Of a DNA stretch of 42,384 nt, positions 29,695-39,179 are shown in pieces (position 1 is the first letter of the stretch; the number at the start of each line of letters is the position of its first letter). Made by a program: the position numbers and the translations under genes. Below the pieces are notes generated by a model. That model made no database searches, was not told where the DNA came from, and saw only the letters and a program-made list of their open reading frames with translations. The DNA comes from a virus, in the IMG/VR virus record IMGVR_UViG_3300045988_017255. One strand, written 5' to 3'.

Positions 29695-31365
29695 TTATGC
29701 TATAATTACATCGCCGTCATCGTCCGCTTGGATGAGTACCTTGCCGATCACGATAGTGGATGTGGTAAGGCGTTTAGCTATCACGCCTTCCGAGGTGATT
29801 TCCATCTCCGCTATGTTGTCCCGAAGAAACTGGAGTGTGTTATTGGCAAGGAGTAGGCTTATTGGGCTGTCAGATTTGCCAATAACAATGCCGTCATCGC
29901 CGACCGTAAACGATGTTGTGACCTTTTCCAGCTTTGTCCCAAAGCTGCTTATTTCAGTGCGAATTCCATCCGCGCTCTGAGAAATCATGCTTGCGGCGGT
30001 ATCGCTGCTGATTTTAGATTCAAACTTTCCGTCGATAGCCTCCAGCACTGCGGAAAGCCCCATGTCATTATCGCCATACTTTACCACAAGCGCAGACCCA
30101 AGAATCTTCCCGTCATCCGTTAAGGCAATATCCGTGATGGTTTTGCCGCCGTCCGATGAATAGCCCAGACCCCCGGCAGACATGATCCACATCTTGGTAT
30201 CATCTTCCACAGAGGACGTATTGCGGAGCTGCCAACCGGTGGGATAGCCGTCCTCGTCATAGGTGATCTCAAAATATCCGCCTTTGGCCCCGATGATCCG
30301 CGATGTGGCGTCCTGAAACGCTTTGCGCACGTCATCGTATTGCCGCTGCACCTTTTTTTGAGTGGGCGATTCCACGGCGTAGTCCGCGTCCTCGGTGCCG
30401 TAGCAGGTGATGTCAGCGGACATGCCGCCCTTGATGGTCATGCGCTGCTCCATGACGTAGACCGTCAGCGCCTTGCCGTCTCGCCCGGTCACGACCACAC
30501 TGTCCCCGGCCTCCACGGCGGGATTGCCGCGCCACTTGAGCTTGCAGGGCATAAGAGACTTGCCAGAAATTTGCGCCAGCACTACTGTCGCCTGCTCGGC
30601 GGTCATATAGGGATTGGTGGATGTGATGCCCAGCCCCGTACCGACGCTGATGGGGTTTTCCTCCGTGCCGGTCAGTAGGCTGTTAATGGTAAATGCGCCG
30701 TCGGCGGTCAGCTCCAGGCCGTCCATATATTGGACGTCCCATCCGAGCGTAAGACCGCCATCGGTATACCAGCAAAAGACAAGGTTTCCTGTTGCGTCAA
30801 ACTTCGCGTTGCAGCCGATCAACCCGGCCAGCCATCCCAGCTGCTGCCGCAGAGACCCGGAATAGGGTGTGGCGATCTGCATATCCGGCATAGTCACGCT
30901 GGGCGCGGTCACATGAGCCTGAGCGCAAACGTCTACCAGAATCTGCGTCGGCGTGGCGGGGAATGGGACGGTAGGCACATACTCCGCCGTCAGCCCTGCC
31001 ATGCGGTCATAGCCCGTGATGGTCAGCCACAAATCCCCCGTCTTTTCCACGCCGTCTGATGGGATGTAAAACTTGCCCTTCGGAACAAACTGCGCCGCGC
31101 CGTCCACCATAATCCCGGCATAGGGGGTAAAGTTTCCGCCGGAGAGCGGCAAAGCAGGCGTTTGCTTGTAAATGACCACCTTGCACTGGCTGGAAAACGC
31201 CGCGCCGATGGTCACTCCGTCTGAGGAGCCGAACTGCTCTATTATGCTGATTTCCTGCACCTCGGAGGCGGCCAGCTCTGTTGTGCCGTTAAACAGTATC
31301 TTGCTTGTAATCTCCCGCCCGGGCGCTGCACAAGCGGCGTTAAATGCGTCTGTTACAGAGTACAT
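29695..31365 (-). CDS. Tail-associated protein (Tal / prophage tail endopeptidase family)
   Basis: 556 aa, following the Dit-like gene. Position and size fit a siphovirus Tal. Confidence 0.7.
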   Translation of the reverse strand: MYSVTDAFNAACAAPGREITSKILFNGTTELAASEVQEISIIEQFGSSDGVTIGAAFSSQCKVVIYKQTPALPLSGGNFTPYAGIMVDGAAQFVPKGKFYIPSDGVEKTGDLWLTITGYDRMAGLTAEYVPTVPFPATPTQILVDVCAQAHVTAPSVTMPDMQIATPYSGSLRQQLGWLAGLIGCNAKFDATGNLVFCWYTDGGLTLGWDVQYMDGLELTADGAFTINSLLTGTEENPISVGTGLGITSTNPYMTAEQATVVLAQISGKSLMPCKLKWRGNPAVEAGDSVVVTGRDGKALTVYVMEQRMTIKGGMSADITCYGTEDADYAVESPTQKKVQRQYDDVRKAFQDATSRIIGAKGGYFEITYDEDGYPTGWQLRNTSSVEDDTKMWIMSAGGLGYSSDGGKTITDIALTDDGKILGSALVVKYGDNDMGLSAVLEAIDGKFESKISSDTAASMISQSADGIRTEISSFGTKLEKVTTSFTVGDDGIVIGKSDSPISLLLANNTLQFLRDNIAEMEITSEGVIAKRLTTSTIVIGKVLIQADDDGDVIIA

Positions 31366-31368
31366 ATG

Positions 31369-31743
31369 TCACCTCTCGATGAAGTTCATGGACATTTCGC
31401 CCCATAGCCACGTTCCATCCGCCTCCGGGCGCAAAATGGGCGCAGAACGATCACCCACATAGCAGGTGATCGTTCTATTAGTCCCCGTAAGCGCATCCGG
31501 GTATGTAAGCTTGAAAAACGGACCGCTGACGGCTGCCAAAAGCGCTGCCATTTTTGCGGCACTCATTGGGAGCCAGGAGCACTCGATTTTTCTCTTGACC
31601 GCCACGCGGTCCCGGAACAGGTCGCCGTTTTGGTTCCGCCCGCTGCCGTCGCCGTCCAAGTCAGAAATGCTCCATTTTATCTCAGCGGGAGCAGGCAGAT
31701 CAACGACCGTCCCGTCATTCTTGGTAACTTTTAACACGTCCAT
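31369..31743 (-). CDS. Short distal-tail-protein-like component
   Basis: 124 aa, immediately after the tape measure gene. Confidence 0.55.
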   Translation of the reverse strand: MDVLKVTKNDGTVVDLPAPAEIKWSISDLDGDGSGRNQNGDLFRDRVAVKRKIECSWLPMSAAKMAALLAAVSGPFFKLTYPDALTGTNRTITCYVGDRSAPILRPEADGTWLWGEMSMNFIER

Positions 31744-31752
31744 TTCTGCTCC

Positions 31753-34041
31753 TTACACCACCAGCGGGCTTGCGCCGGTGGCACGCACCACGGCGTTGTT
31801 TTCCTTTACAATAGCGTCAAATAGTTTCTTGCCGTTAACGCTGTCCAGCACGATTGTAATATGATTTCCTCCGCCGCCGCTGTTTTTGACTTCCTCCCGG
31901 ACGATTTGGCGGATCAGATCGGCGGGTGCCTCGATGTTCGTGCCGCGCTTCTGGTCGCCCAAAACGGCCAAAAATTCCCGGTTTGCTGGGATCACCGCGC
32001 CCTGGGCCAGGCGAGGAATGTGGACATTTCCCCAATTGACCCGTCCAATGTTCACGCCAGGAATCTTGTTTAAGATGCCCGTGATGCCATTCACCATATC
32101 GCTTACGCCGCCCAGCACCCAGTTGATGCCCCGTTCAATACCCGAGATCAAGCCGTTCATAATGGTTTTCCCGAGGTTCAGCCACCATGCCGAAGTGAAT
32201 ACGGGAGCGATATAGGAATTCCAGAATTCTTTGATTTTTTGCCAAACGTTCTTAATTTTGTCCCGGATGAAATCCCAATTTGGTGCAATGGCCGCCGCCA
32301 AACTAACGCCACCGGCAAGCAACATCCCAATGCCCAAGGGTATTCCTACGCCCGTAAAAATAAGAATAATTCCGAGGACAACAAGAAAACCGCCGATCAT
32401 AGCAAGAGTTTTGCCAAGAGGGCCCCGAAGCGCCTGCGTAATGCTACCCCAATTTGGAACAATCGCCGTCGCAAGCCCAACCGCTCCAGCAACTATTAGC
32501 CCAATTCCCAATGGGATATTTGCACCGGTAAATAGCAGCACTGCTCCAAGTGCGAGCAAAGCGCCACCGACAATCGCTGTTACTGCGCCAATAGGCCCTT
32601 TCATTGCGTTTTGGATTGCTTCCCAATTAATGGCTGCAGATGCCGCCAAAGATGCAGCGCCAACCAAAAGCAATCCTAATCCGAGCGGAATATTTGCGCC
32701 TGAAAGAGCAAGTATGGCGCCAAGTACAAGGAAGGCGGCTCCAACAATACCGGCAATTACATCTATGTTGTCACTTATAAACCCTATTATGGTATCCCAG
32801 TTGACGGCAACAACGGCGGCCAAAGATGCAGCGCCAGCTATAATCATTCCAATTCCAAGCGGGATGTTTGCGCTTGTCATAACAAGGATTATGCCAAGAG
32901 CAAGCAAAGCGCTGGCGACAATAGTCACTATAACCGCAAGTGATCCTTGCAAAGTTTCTGCAATAAGGCCCCAATTTTCGGAGGCGGCGCCATATACCGC
33001 CAACGCACCAGCAACCATCAGAGCAATGCCGATCGGTATATTTGCGCCAGAAAAAGTCAACACTGCGCCCAATGCAAGAAGGGCAATTCCGGTAAACAAG
33101 GTTGCAACGGCAGTCAATCCGCTGCTGACTGTGCTTGTGAAATCCGGTGCGATTCCACCGCTTGCACTTGACCCTCCCGAGCTATCGGAATCTCCGTTCA
33201 TTGTGTTCAGCTCATCGAAAGGTGCCAGATATTTACTGGCTTTCTTCGCGGCAGAACCAACACCATCAATCGCTTTTTGCTGGTCATAAAGGCTTTTAGC
33301 CGCTTTCTGAGAAGATGCAAGAGTTGTTCCAAACAGTGCAGATAGCAGCCGAGCAGCTGTATTTACCACCGTTGTAAGCACATTTGCGAGTAGCGTAAAC
33401 GCCGGGATAACGATGTTTACAATCGGCTGGGCCAGTGTGCGCAGCGCACCTTTAAGCTTGGCAACCGCCGCCATTGCATCGGTGTTTGTCTGGATCGCCG
33501 ACCACATATACTCCCTGATTTTGCGCAGTGCAGCTGTAATGAGCGTAAAAACAAACACGCGCCTTGCAAGCCCCTTGATTCGGTTTCCAAGCTTTGTGAA
33601 TCGCTTCCCGGCTTCCTCTGCAGCGGGGGACAACTCTCTTGTGCCATTTTTTGCTCCAGCAAGCTGCCCACTGAGTTCTCCCGCCTTTCTCTTTGCATTG
33701 TCAAAAGACGCAGCGGTTTTGTTGATTTTTGCATTGATCGTTTCCACCTTTAACGCCGCCGAATCAAACTCTTTCTGCATGGCGTTCACTTGTGCTTGCT
33801 GGTTTGCAATCGAGTCGGATGTAAAAAATTCCGCTCCGCTTTTCATATGTTCAAGAGTTGCTTTTGCCGCATCGAGATTTGCGCCGAGCTGTGCCGACTG
33901 CTCTACCAGCGGGAGCTTTTCTCTTTCCAGATCATTTAGTTTTTCAGATAAACCAGAGATTTTCCTTGCAAGTGCATTGAGCTCTTTTCGCGCCTGCTTG
34001 TCGTCAACGTTTACTTCCACCACGACAGACCCATCCGCCAT
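31753..34041 (-). CDS. Tape measure protein
   Basis: 762 aa. Coiled-coil N-terminus, then many Gly/Ala-rich hydrophobic repeats (SGANIPLGIGL...). Position fits a TMP. Confidence 0.9.
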   Translation of the reverse strand: MADGSVVVEVNVDDKQARKELNALARKISGLSEKLNDLEREKLPLVEQSAQLGANLDAAKATLEHMKSGAEFFTSDSIANQQAQVNAMQKEFDSAALKVETINAKINKTAASFDNAKRKAGELSGQLAGAKNGTRELSPAAEEAGKRFTKLGNRIKGLARRVFVFTLITAALRKIREYMWSAIQTNTDAMAAVAKLKGALRTLAQPIVNIVIPAFTLLANVLTTVVNTAARLLSALFGTTLASSQKAAKSLYDQQKAIDGVGSAAKKASKYLAPFDELNTMNGDSDSSGGSSASGGIAPDFTSTVSSGLTAVATLFTGIALLALGAVLTFSGANIPIGIALMVAGALAVYGAASENWGLIAETLQGSLAVIVTIVASALLALGIILVMTSANIPLGIGMIIAGAASLAAVVAVNWDTIIGFISDNIDVIAGIVGAAFLVLGAILALSGANIPLGLGLLLVGAASLAASAAINWEAIQNAMKGPIGAVTAIVGGALLALGAVLLFTGANIPLGIGLIVAGAVGLATAIVPNWGSITQALRGPLGKTLAMIGGFLVVLGIILIFTGVGIPLGIGMLLAGGVSLAAAIAPNWDFIRDKIKNVWQKIKEFWNSYIAPVFTSAWWLNLGKTIMNGLISGIERGINWVLGGVSDMVNGITGILNKIPGVNIGRVNWGNVHIPRLAQGAVIPANREFLAVLGDQKRGTNIEAPADLIRQIVREEVKNSGGGGNHITIVLDSVNGKKLFDAIVKENNAVVRATGASPLVV

Positions 34042-34059
34042 TGAATCACCTCATTTCGC

Positions 34060-34098
34060 TTGACTTTTTGCATTTTTTAGTCATAATAAAGATATAAT
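34060..34098 (+). promoter_or_regulatory. Candidate promoter(s) for the antisense moron
   Basis: TTGACT at 34060-34065, 16 nt, then CATAAT at 34082-34087. There is also a TATAAT at 34093-34098. Confidence 0.5.
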
Positions 34099-34118
34099 TG
34101 TTTATAGGAGGAGAAAAT

Positions 34119-34826
34119 ATGGATGCTGTTATCGGAGTATTGAGTGTTATAGGCTTTATTGTTTCTCTTGTTTTGATTGTTGTATTTGCAATCAAAAAAA
34201 AGAAAGTTCTTCCGCCATTAATTTCGCTTGTGTGTTGTTTTACGATATTTGTGGTTTGCGTCGCATTGCCGGATAGTTCTTCGCCTTCGCCTGAGCCGAA
34301 TACAGATAACGAGCAGAGCGAACAGACCGATGAGGAAAAGGCCAAAGAAATGCTAACAAAGGCCAGCAATTCCTTTGAAAAAGGCGATTACATTGATGGC
34401 ATTTCTACTTGCAAAAGTATTCAGGAATCTTATCCTGATACCAATGTTGCTGCCGGTGTGCAAGATTTTCTTGCGGACAAATTTGCCCAATACCAAAATT
34501 TTTCGGCAGAAGACCTAATGAACGAGTATATTAATAATGTCGTAAACGCAGATAAAAACATCACGGGAAATCCTGTAATTGTTTCAGGCGTTATTAGCAA
34601 AATAGATAAAACAGATTCAACCCTTGCGGTTTTACTGAGTTGCGATCAGGTCTTTTATGCAATACAGCTTAATTTTAGGGGCTCTGATGAATCCGCTGTT
34701 GCCGCATTAAACCCGGGAGATGTGATCAAGGTCATCGGCAAATGTGACGGATTAAGCGGAAAGATTCTGCTTGTATTTGATAATAAAACAAATGTAATTT
34801 TATCAAAATGCTACATAATTGATTGA
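34119..34826 (+). CDS. Membrane protein with two TM helices and an extracytoplasmic tRNA_anti-like OB-fold domain (moron)
   Basis: AGGAGGAG SD. MDAVIGVLSVIGFIVSLVLIVVFAI...LISLVCCFTIFVVCVAL. The C-terminal ...NVVNADKNITGNPVIVSGVISKI...PGDVIKVIGKC... is OB-like. AT-rich and on the opposite strand. Confidence 0.7.
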   Translation: MDAVIGVLSVIGFIVSLVLIVVFAIKKKKVLPPLISLVCCFTIFVVCVALPDSSSPSPEPNTDNEQSEQTDEEKAKEMLTKASNSFEKGDYIDGISTCKSIQESYPDTNVAAGVQDFLADKFAQYQNFSAEDLMNEYINNVVNADKNITGNPVIVSGVISKIDKTDSTLAVLLSCDQVFYAIQLNFRGSDESAVAALNPGDVIKVIGKCDGLSGKILLVFDNKTNVILSKCYIID

Positions 34827-34831
34827 TTTGC

Positions 34832-34858
34832 AGCCGCCCCCCCAAAGGGGCGGCTTTT
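34832..34858 (+). terminator. Intrinsic terminator of the moron
   Basis: Stem AGCCGCCCC / GGGGCGGCT followed by TTTT. Confidence 0.7.
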
Positions 34859-34859
34859 A

Positions 34860-35408
34860 TCATGTCCACTTGATGATAATGTCCTCGTCCCGCTTGGTAT
34901 ATTGCCGCTTGAAATCCACAAGATGCTTATTCTGCTTGTAAAATTCCTGATCGGATTTATCCAGCTTTTGATTTTTGGATTTCTTTTTGCGGATGCTTAC
35001 CACTTGGGCAAAGGTGCAATCACCTATTTCTTGGTATGCGGCTATAAATGTCCACCAGTGCAGATATTCAAGGGAGCGGATTTCCGTGCCAAGCACGCGA
35101 TTTATGGGGCTTGCAATCATTGGGAAATCCTGCTGCCAATCCATGAGCTTAGGGCGCTTTTCATCCCGGCATTCTTCCTCGCCGCAATTTATAAAGGATA
35201 TGCATTGCCGCACCGCGTTCTCATATTCCATGTATGGGATATCCTCGTAATCCGGGTAAAACATTTCCATCACTGCCTCTGCCTTATCGGCGCTGTCCAG
35301 CTCCGGATCAGAAAGCATTTCCAAAATGTCCAAAATGTCCCGGTAATCAGACCGAATGGCGTATTCCTTCCCGCCCAGATCCACGGATTTTGGCAGGCTG
35401 TATCTCAT
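34860..35408 (-). CDS. Gp15-family tail assembly protein (A118 gp15-like)
   Basis: MRYSLPKSVDLGGKEYAIRSDYRDILDILEMLSDPEL... is typical of the Phage_Gp15 family. It lies between the chaperone and the TMP. Confidence 0.7.
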   Translation of the reverse strand: MRYSLPKSVDLGGKEYAIRSDYRDILDILEMLSDPELDSADKAEAVMEMFYPDYEDIPYMEYENAVRQCISFINCGEEECRDEKRPKLMDWQQDFPMIASPINRVLGTEIRSLEYLHWWTFIAAYQEIGDCTFAQVVSIRKKKSKNQKLDKSDQEFYKQNKHLVDFKRQYTKRDEDIIIKWT

Positions 35409-35845
35409 TTGTGGTACTTCTTGGTGTACTTGCTAATGCGCGGGTTGGTAAGCTTCTGTTCCCGGGCATACGCAGTATCCATTTCGTCCACCAGCGCAAA
35501 AAGCAAATTTGCCCAAATAGGGAATCCGTTGGCCAGCGCGTAAAGATTCAGCTCACCAAAAAGCGGGGTGCAAATATCAAATCCGAAGACTTCTCCGTTG
35601 ATGATCTCCCGCATTTCCCGGTCCATCTTTTGGCCGATGTCAAAAATTTCCTTTTTATCGGCGTTTTTTTGCACTTCGTCCTTATAACCCTCGTTCATTT
35701 TGTCGAGTTTTTCAAACGCGGAAAAAAGCCGGCGAGACAGGCCCATATCCAGCGGGTTAAACGCAAATTCACATTCTTTCCCGTCGGTAGTCACAAAAGT
35801 TTTAGTGACTACGCCGGTATCAATTTTGATAATATTTTCGCTCAT
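35405..35845 (-). CDS. Tail assembly chaperone
   Basis: 146 aa, between the major tail protein and the gp15-like gene. Confidence 0.65.
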   Translation of the reverse strand: MSENIIKIDTGVVTKTFVTTDGKECEFAFNPLDMGLSRRLFSAFEKLDKMNEGYKDEVQKNADKKEIFDIGQKMDREMREIINGEVFGFDICTPLFGELNLYALANGFPIWANLLFALVDEMDTAYAREQKLTNPRISKYTKKYHK

Positions 35846-35907
35846 GGTGTCCTCCGATTTATTTGTATATTGCGTGATAATGGGGCGGGAAATCCCGCCC
35901 CTATTTT

Positions 35908-36432
35908 TTACTTTGCAGCAGTAAACTCGATCTTGCCGGTAGTGCCCTTCGCCACGGTCCCCAGGGTGCGAGTCCCGCCGTAGGTAATCTCACTGGCGAT
36001 GTTTAGTGTACCGCCGCCCTCGCCGCCGATGGAGGTTACGGCAATGGCGCAGGAATCATAACGCTCGGCGAACTTTGCGTCGCCGCTGGCAGCGTAGAAG
36101 TGGCCGATCATCATATCCTGGTTGGCCAGCGCCTGCGCATCGTGGTCTTTTACGGCCAAATTCCACATCTTCACGGCTGCTGCATCACCAGCATCCAACG
36201 GGATGGGGTCAAAGGTCTGTGTAATAACGGGCTTTTTCATGGTTGTGAATGTGTTCCCCAGCACATCCTGCTTGCTCTCCTGGCTCCAGTCCATTTCCTC
36301 GCTGGCGTCCTCCACCCGCTTTCCGATTGCACTCCACACAGGGGACTCGGCGGAACCAGTATTTAGGTATGCGATCAAAAGTTCGCGGTCAATGGTCTGA
36401 CCTTCCGGTGTTGTAAAAGTCAAATCTGGCAT
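35908..36432 (-). CDS. Major tail protein
   Basis: 174 aa. Position after the head-tail joining genes. The beta-rich sequence is typical of a siphovirus MTP. Confidence 0.75.
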   Translation of the reverse strand: MPDLTFTTPEGQTIDRELLIAYLNTGSAESPVWSAIGKRVEDASEEMDWSQESKQDVLGNTFTTMKKPVITQTFDPIPLDAGDAAAVKMWNLAVKDHDAQALANQDMMIGHFYAASGDAKFAERYDSCAIAVTSIGGEGGGTLNIASEITYGGTRTLGTVAKGTTGKIEFTAAK

Positions 36433-36878
36433 TATGTATTCACCTCGTAATTCATTTTCATTAAGATTTGATGATCTTCGTCGCCGTTTTCATACACAGC
36501 GAACAAAGAGGATCGTGTAGTAGGCTCCAGGCTTACAACGCGCTTTCCGGTACCAATGTCGGGGCGCTTGCCGGTCGCCCAATCTCCGATAGCGTTTAAC
36601 GTTTCATCCGCTGACAGCCGTTTGTCCATGCTGTTGCCCGGCTTAACCCGGTAAATGATTTTGAATTGGTATTCCGCTTGGTAGCCCCCTAAAACATATC
36701 GTTTAACGATATAGGCCGCCTGGATGGTAGAAATGGCCATTGCAGAGGTGTCGGCGGGCAGGAACTCAAATCGTATCAAATCCACCGGCAAATCCGGATA
36801 TGTGTTCAGCCAAACCAGCAGCTTGCGAGATACCTTGTCTTCTTCCGCTGCCGATACGGTTTTTTTAACTTTGTCCAA
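36432..36878 (-). CDS. Head-tail joining / tail terminator protein (Minor_capsid_3-like)
   Basis: 148 aa. Synteny with A118-like head-tail joining genes. Confidence 0.6.
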   Translation of the reverse strand: MDKVKKTVSAAEEDKVSRKLLVWLNTYPDLPVDLIRFEFLPADTSAMAISTIQAAYIVKRYVLGGYQAEYQFKIIYRVKPGNSMDKRLSADETLNAIGDWATGKRPDIGTGKRVVSLEPTTRSSLFAVYENGDEDHQILMKMNYEVNT

Positions 36879-37284
36879 ATTTTTTCACCGCCTTTTCTGC
36901 AATGCGTATCCATTTATCCAGGTTCTGCGCTTTGGACGCCTCAAACCAATGGCTCTGTGCTTGCGGGTGCATCGCCCTGGAAAATACAAGGTCTCGGTTT
37001 GTCAAAACCTTCGTCCCGCCCTTTGGCGCAAAGGTGCTGCCGGTTTGCGGATCAACCATGACTTTGCCGTAGTACAAAAACCGCGCATAAGGCCCTGGGT
37101 AAATAATTTTGCTGCCGTCTAACCTCGTGCGTATTGTTAATGATCCTGTAAGCGCAGGGACAAACGGCGCGGTGTCTTTTATGACCTGCTGCCCCACAAT
37201 GCTTTCCGCCCGGGTGCAGCTCTCAGCCAGTTTGTCCTTGATGGCCTCCATACCGCCAAAATGCATCGAAAAGGTAACGCCCAC
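36865..37284 (-). CDS. Head-tail joining protein (Minor_capsid_2-like)
   Basis: 139 aa. GTG start directly after the upstream stop. ...ARFLYYGKVMVDP... pattern. Confidence 0.6.
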   Translation of the reverse strand: MGVTFSMHFGGMEAIKDKLAESCTRAESIVGQQVIKDTAPFVPALTGSLTIRTRLDGSKIIYPGPYARFLYYGKVMVDPQTGSTFAPKGGTKVLTNRDLVFSRAMHPQAQSHWFEASKAQNLDKWIRIAEKAVKKFGQS

Positions 37285-37734
37285 TTATTTTCCACCCACT
37301 TCCCAATGCTGCATATCCGCGCTGCCAAAGTCTTTTGCGTCAACCTTAGTCACATTCCAGCAATTATCGTGTGCCAATGCCACGCCCTCGTTGTCCGTTA
37401 CAAATTCGCCTTTGACGAAAAATGTATCGCCACCATTGCCGGTGGTGGATAACGTCCATAGGCCCGCCCTGTCGCTTGAGGCAAAAAATGCTTGCGGCTC
37501 TGTATATGTCTTGGGCTTTCCGCTAAATCCATCCACAGCTTTTACCGTAAATGGGATATACAGGTTTACTGCGTCGGCGCCTTCAAGCCCGCTTTTGCGC
37601 ACGTTAACTCCCTTTGCCGCCTCGCAGAACACGCCATCAAGCACGGTTACATATAGGTTTGTGACATCTTTTAGCGTGGCAGGGTCCGGTTCACGCACGA
37701 CGTTGTAAACCGTTACAGTGTGGGGAGTGTACAT
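37285..37734 (-). CDS. Head-tail joining protein (Minor_capsid_1-like)
   Basis: ATG at 37734 (MYTPHTVTVYNVV...). Called from synteny. Confidence 0.6.
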   Translation of the reverse strand: MYTPHTVTVYNVVREPDPATLKDVTNLYVTVLDGVFCEAAKGVNVRKSGLEGADAVNLYIPFTVKAVDGFSGKPKTYTEPQAFFASSDRAGLWTLSTTGNGGDTFFVKGEFVTDNEGVALAHDNCWNVTKVDAKDFGSADMQHWEVGGK

Positions 37735-38147
37735 CTGCAACCACCTCCGCGATACAGCAACCCTGTATGGGCAAGGTATTCCATGCACGTTTCCGCCAGC
37801 AATTTTCTTGCGCCGTCCGTGGCACTCAATGCAGCAGCGGCGCTTTCCCCGCCGCTGGCCAGTGTGCGAGAATACCCGCCTACCGTTTCACTTTTCACGT
37901 CACCGCCGGTAAGCGCATCCGTCAGCCTGGTTGCGGCAAGTTGCTGCGCGGTCTCGATCAACTGATACTTGTCCACCAATGCGCAGCAACACATCTTTAC
38001 AGCGTCCATATCAGCGTTGTCTTTCGCCCGGTTTTTGGTGTAGTAATCGAGGAAGGAGCTGGCCCGAACAGCCAGACGCGGAAAATCTTCCTCGCTCACA
38101 GAACCCATATAGATTCCGGCGTAGTATGTATAATCAGCGTATGTCAT
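37713..38147 (-). CDS. gp6-like head-tail connector protein
   Basis: MTYADYTYYAGIYMGSVSEEDFPRLAVRASSFLDYYT... is typical of the connector (DNA-packaging) family. Confidence 0.7.
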   Translation of the reverse strand: MTYADYTYYAGIYMGSVSEEDFPRLAVRASSFLDYYTKNRAKDNADMDAVKMCCCALVDKYQLIETAQQLAATRLTDALTGGDVKSETVGGYSRTLASGGESAAAALSATDGARKLLAETCMEYLAHTGLLYRGGGCRCTLPTL

Positions 38148-38152
38148 ACGGG

Positions 38153-38257
38153 TCAGCTCCCTTCCAATACTGCGATTATGTCAGCCTTGCGCATTGAACT
38201 GCTGACCCCGTCCACCCCGTTTCCCCTGGCATAATCAAGCAGTTGGGCTTTTGTCAT
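38153..38257 (-). CDS. Small Rho-N/SAP-like (HeH) protein, 34 aa
   Basis: MTKAQLLDYARGNGVDGVSSSMRKADIIAVLEGS. This motif often follows capsid genes. The SD is weak. Confidence 0.4.
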   Translation of the reverse strand: MTKAQLLDYARGNGVDGVSSSMRKADIIAVLEGS

Positions 38258-38304
38258 GTTGGAGAAAGAAGAAGTTTCAGGGTCAGGCTCACTCAGCAGT
38301 TCGC

Positions 38305-39177
38305 TTAGCCCCCCACTGCCGGAGTGATGGAGCCGACAACCACGCCGTCAATGCGCTCGGCGAACAACACCATGCCGTTGATAACGGTATCGGATGCGGT
38401 CATGTTGGTGTAATCGGGTTCCTCATGGATACCGATATAACCGGTGGCGTCGGTGGTGAAGTTGAACACCTCGCCCAGATCTGCGCCGTTCACAGGGATG
38501 TAGTACAGGACGATGTTGTCCTTGGCGGTGGCGTAAATCTTTCCCTTGGGGACGCTGGAGTTCAGAATCACGGTGCCCAGGCCGAGAAAGTTCTCGACAT
38601 AGGTCATGCCGAAAGCGGTCTGCAGGGTGATGTTGGCAGTTGCGAGATAGTCCGCAACATCCAGCGGGTTCATGAAATACACTGCGCCGATCTCGTCATC
38701 CTCGAACAGCACCTGCAGCTGGCCCCATGCCTGAGCCAAGGTCGCCTGGAAGGTAGCACCGCTGGCCGTGCCAGTACCGGTTGCGAGGAAGCCAAAGAAA
38801 TCCTTGCGGATACCTTTCTGCACGTCCTTCAGCATTTCATCGGTGGTCATTTCGACGGCCTGATCGTAGCCGCGATCAGTGATTGCCTCGGCAGAAGTGG
38901 CCTTACGCCACTTCTTCAAGGTGATCTCCTTGTAGTTCACAGCCTCGGTCTTGTACTTGCTCAGAGGGATGGTCTCGCCCTCGGCCACAGCACCGTCTTC
39001 CAGAGTGCCGGTAGCCTTGTAGCTCTTGAGCACAGTACCGGCCTGCTTGGCGATCTTGCGGGTAACGCCCAGAGCCTCCATCAACTTCTTGATGGAATAG
39101 CCGAACATTTCGGTAAACTCGATCTCGCGAACACGGGCAAGATCTTCCTTCTTAATCAGCTTAGGATCAACAGCCAT
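38305..39177 (-). CDS. Major capsid protein
   Basis: 290 aa, directly after the scaffold gene. Size and position fit A118-like capsids. Confidence 0.85.
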   Translation of the reverse strand: MAVDPKLIKKEDLARVREIEFTEMFGYSIKKLMEALGVTRKIAKQAGTVLKSYKATGTLEDGAVAEGETIPLSKYKTEAVNYKEITLKKWRKATSAEAITDRGYDQAVEMTTDEMLKDVQKGIRKDFFGFLATGTGTASGATFQATLAQAWGQLQVLFEDDEIGAVYFMNPLDVADYLATANITLQTAFGMTYVENFLGLGTVILNSSVPKGKIYATAKDNIVLYYIPVNGADLGEVFNFTTDATGYIGIHEEPDYTNMTASDTVINGMVLFAERIDGVVVGSITPAVGG

Positions 39178-39179
39178 TT

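Noticed and set aside
35405-35470. Programmed -1 frameshift joining the tail chaperone (35405-35845) to the gp15-like ORF, analogous to G/GT.
   Set aside because: The gp15-like gene is in the -1 frame, but a TAG closes that frame 27 nt upstream of its ATG. No X XXY YYZ slippery heptamer lies in the correct register in the remaining window; CCCGGGA is out of phase. The ATGA overlap suggests simple coupling.
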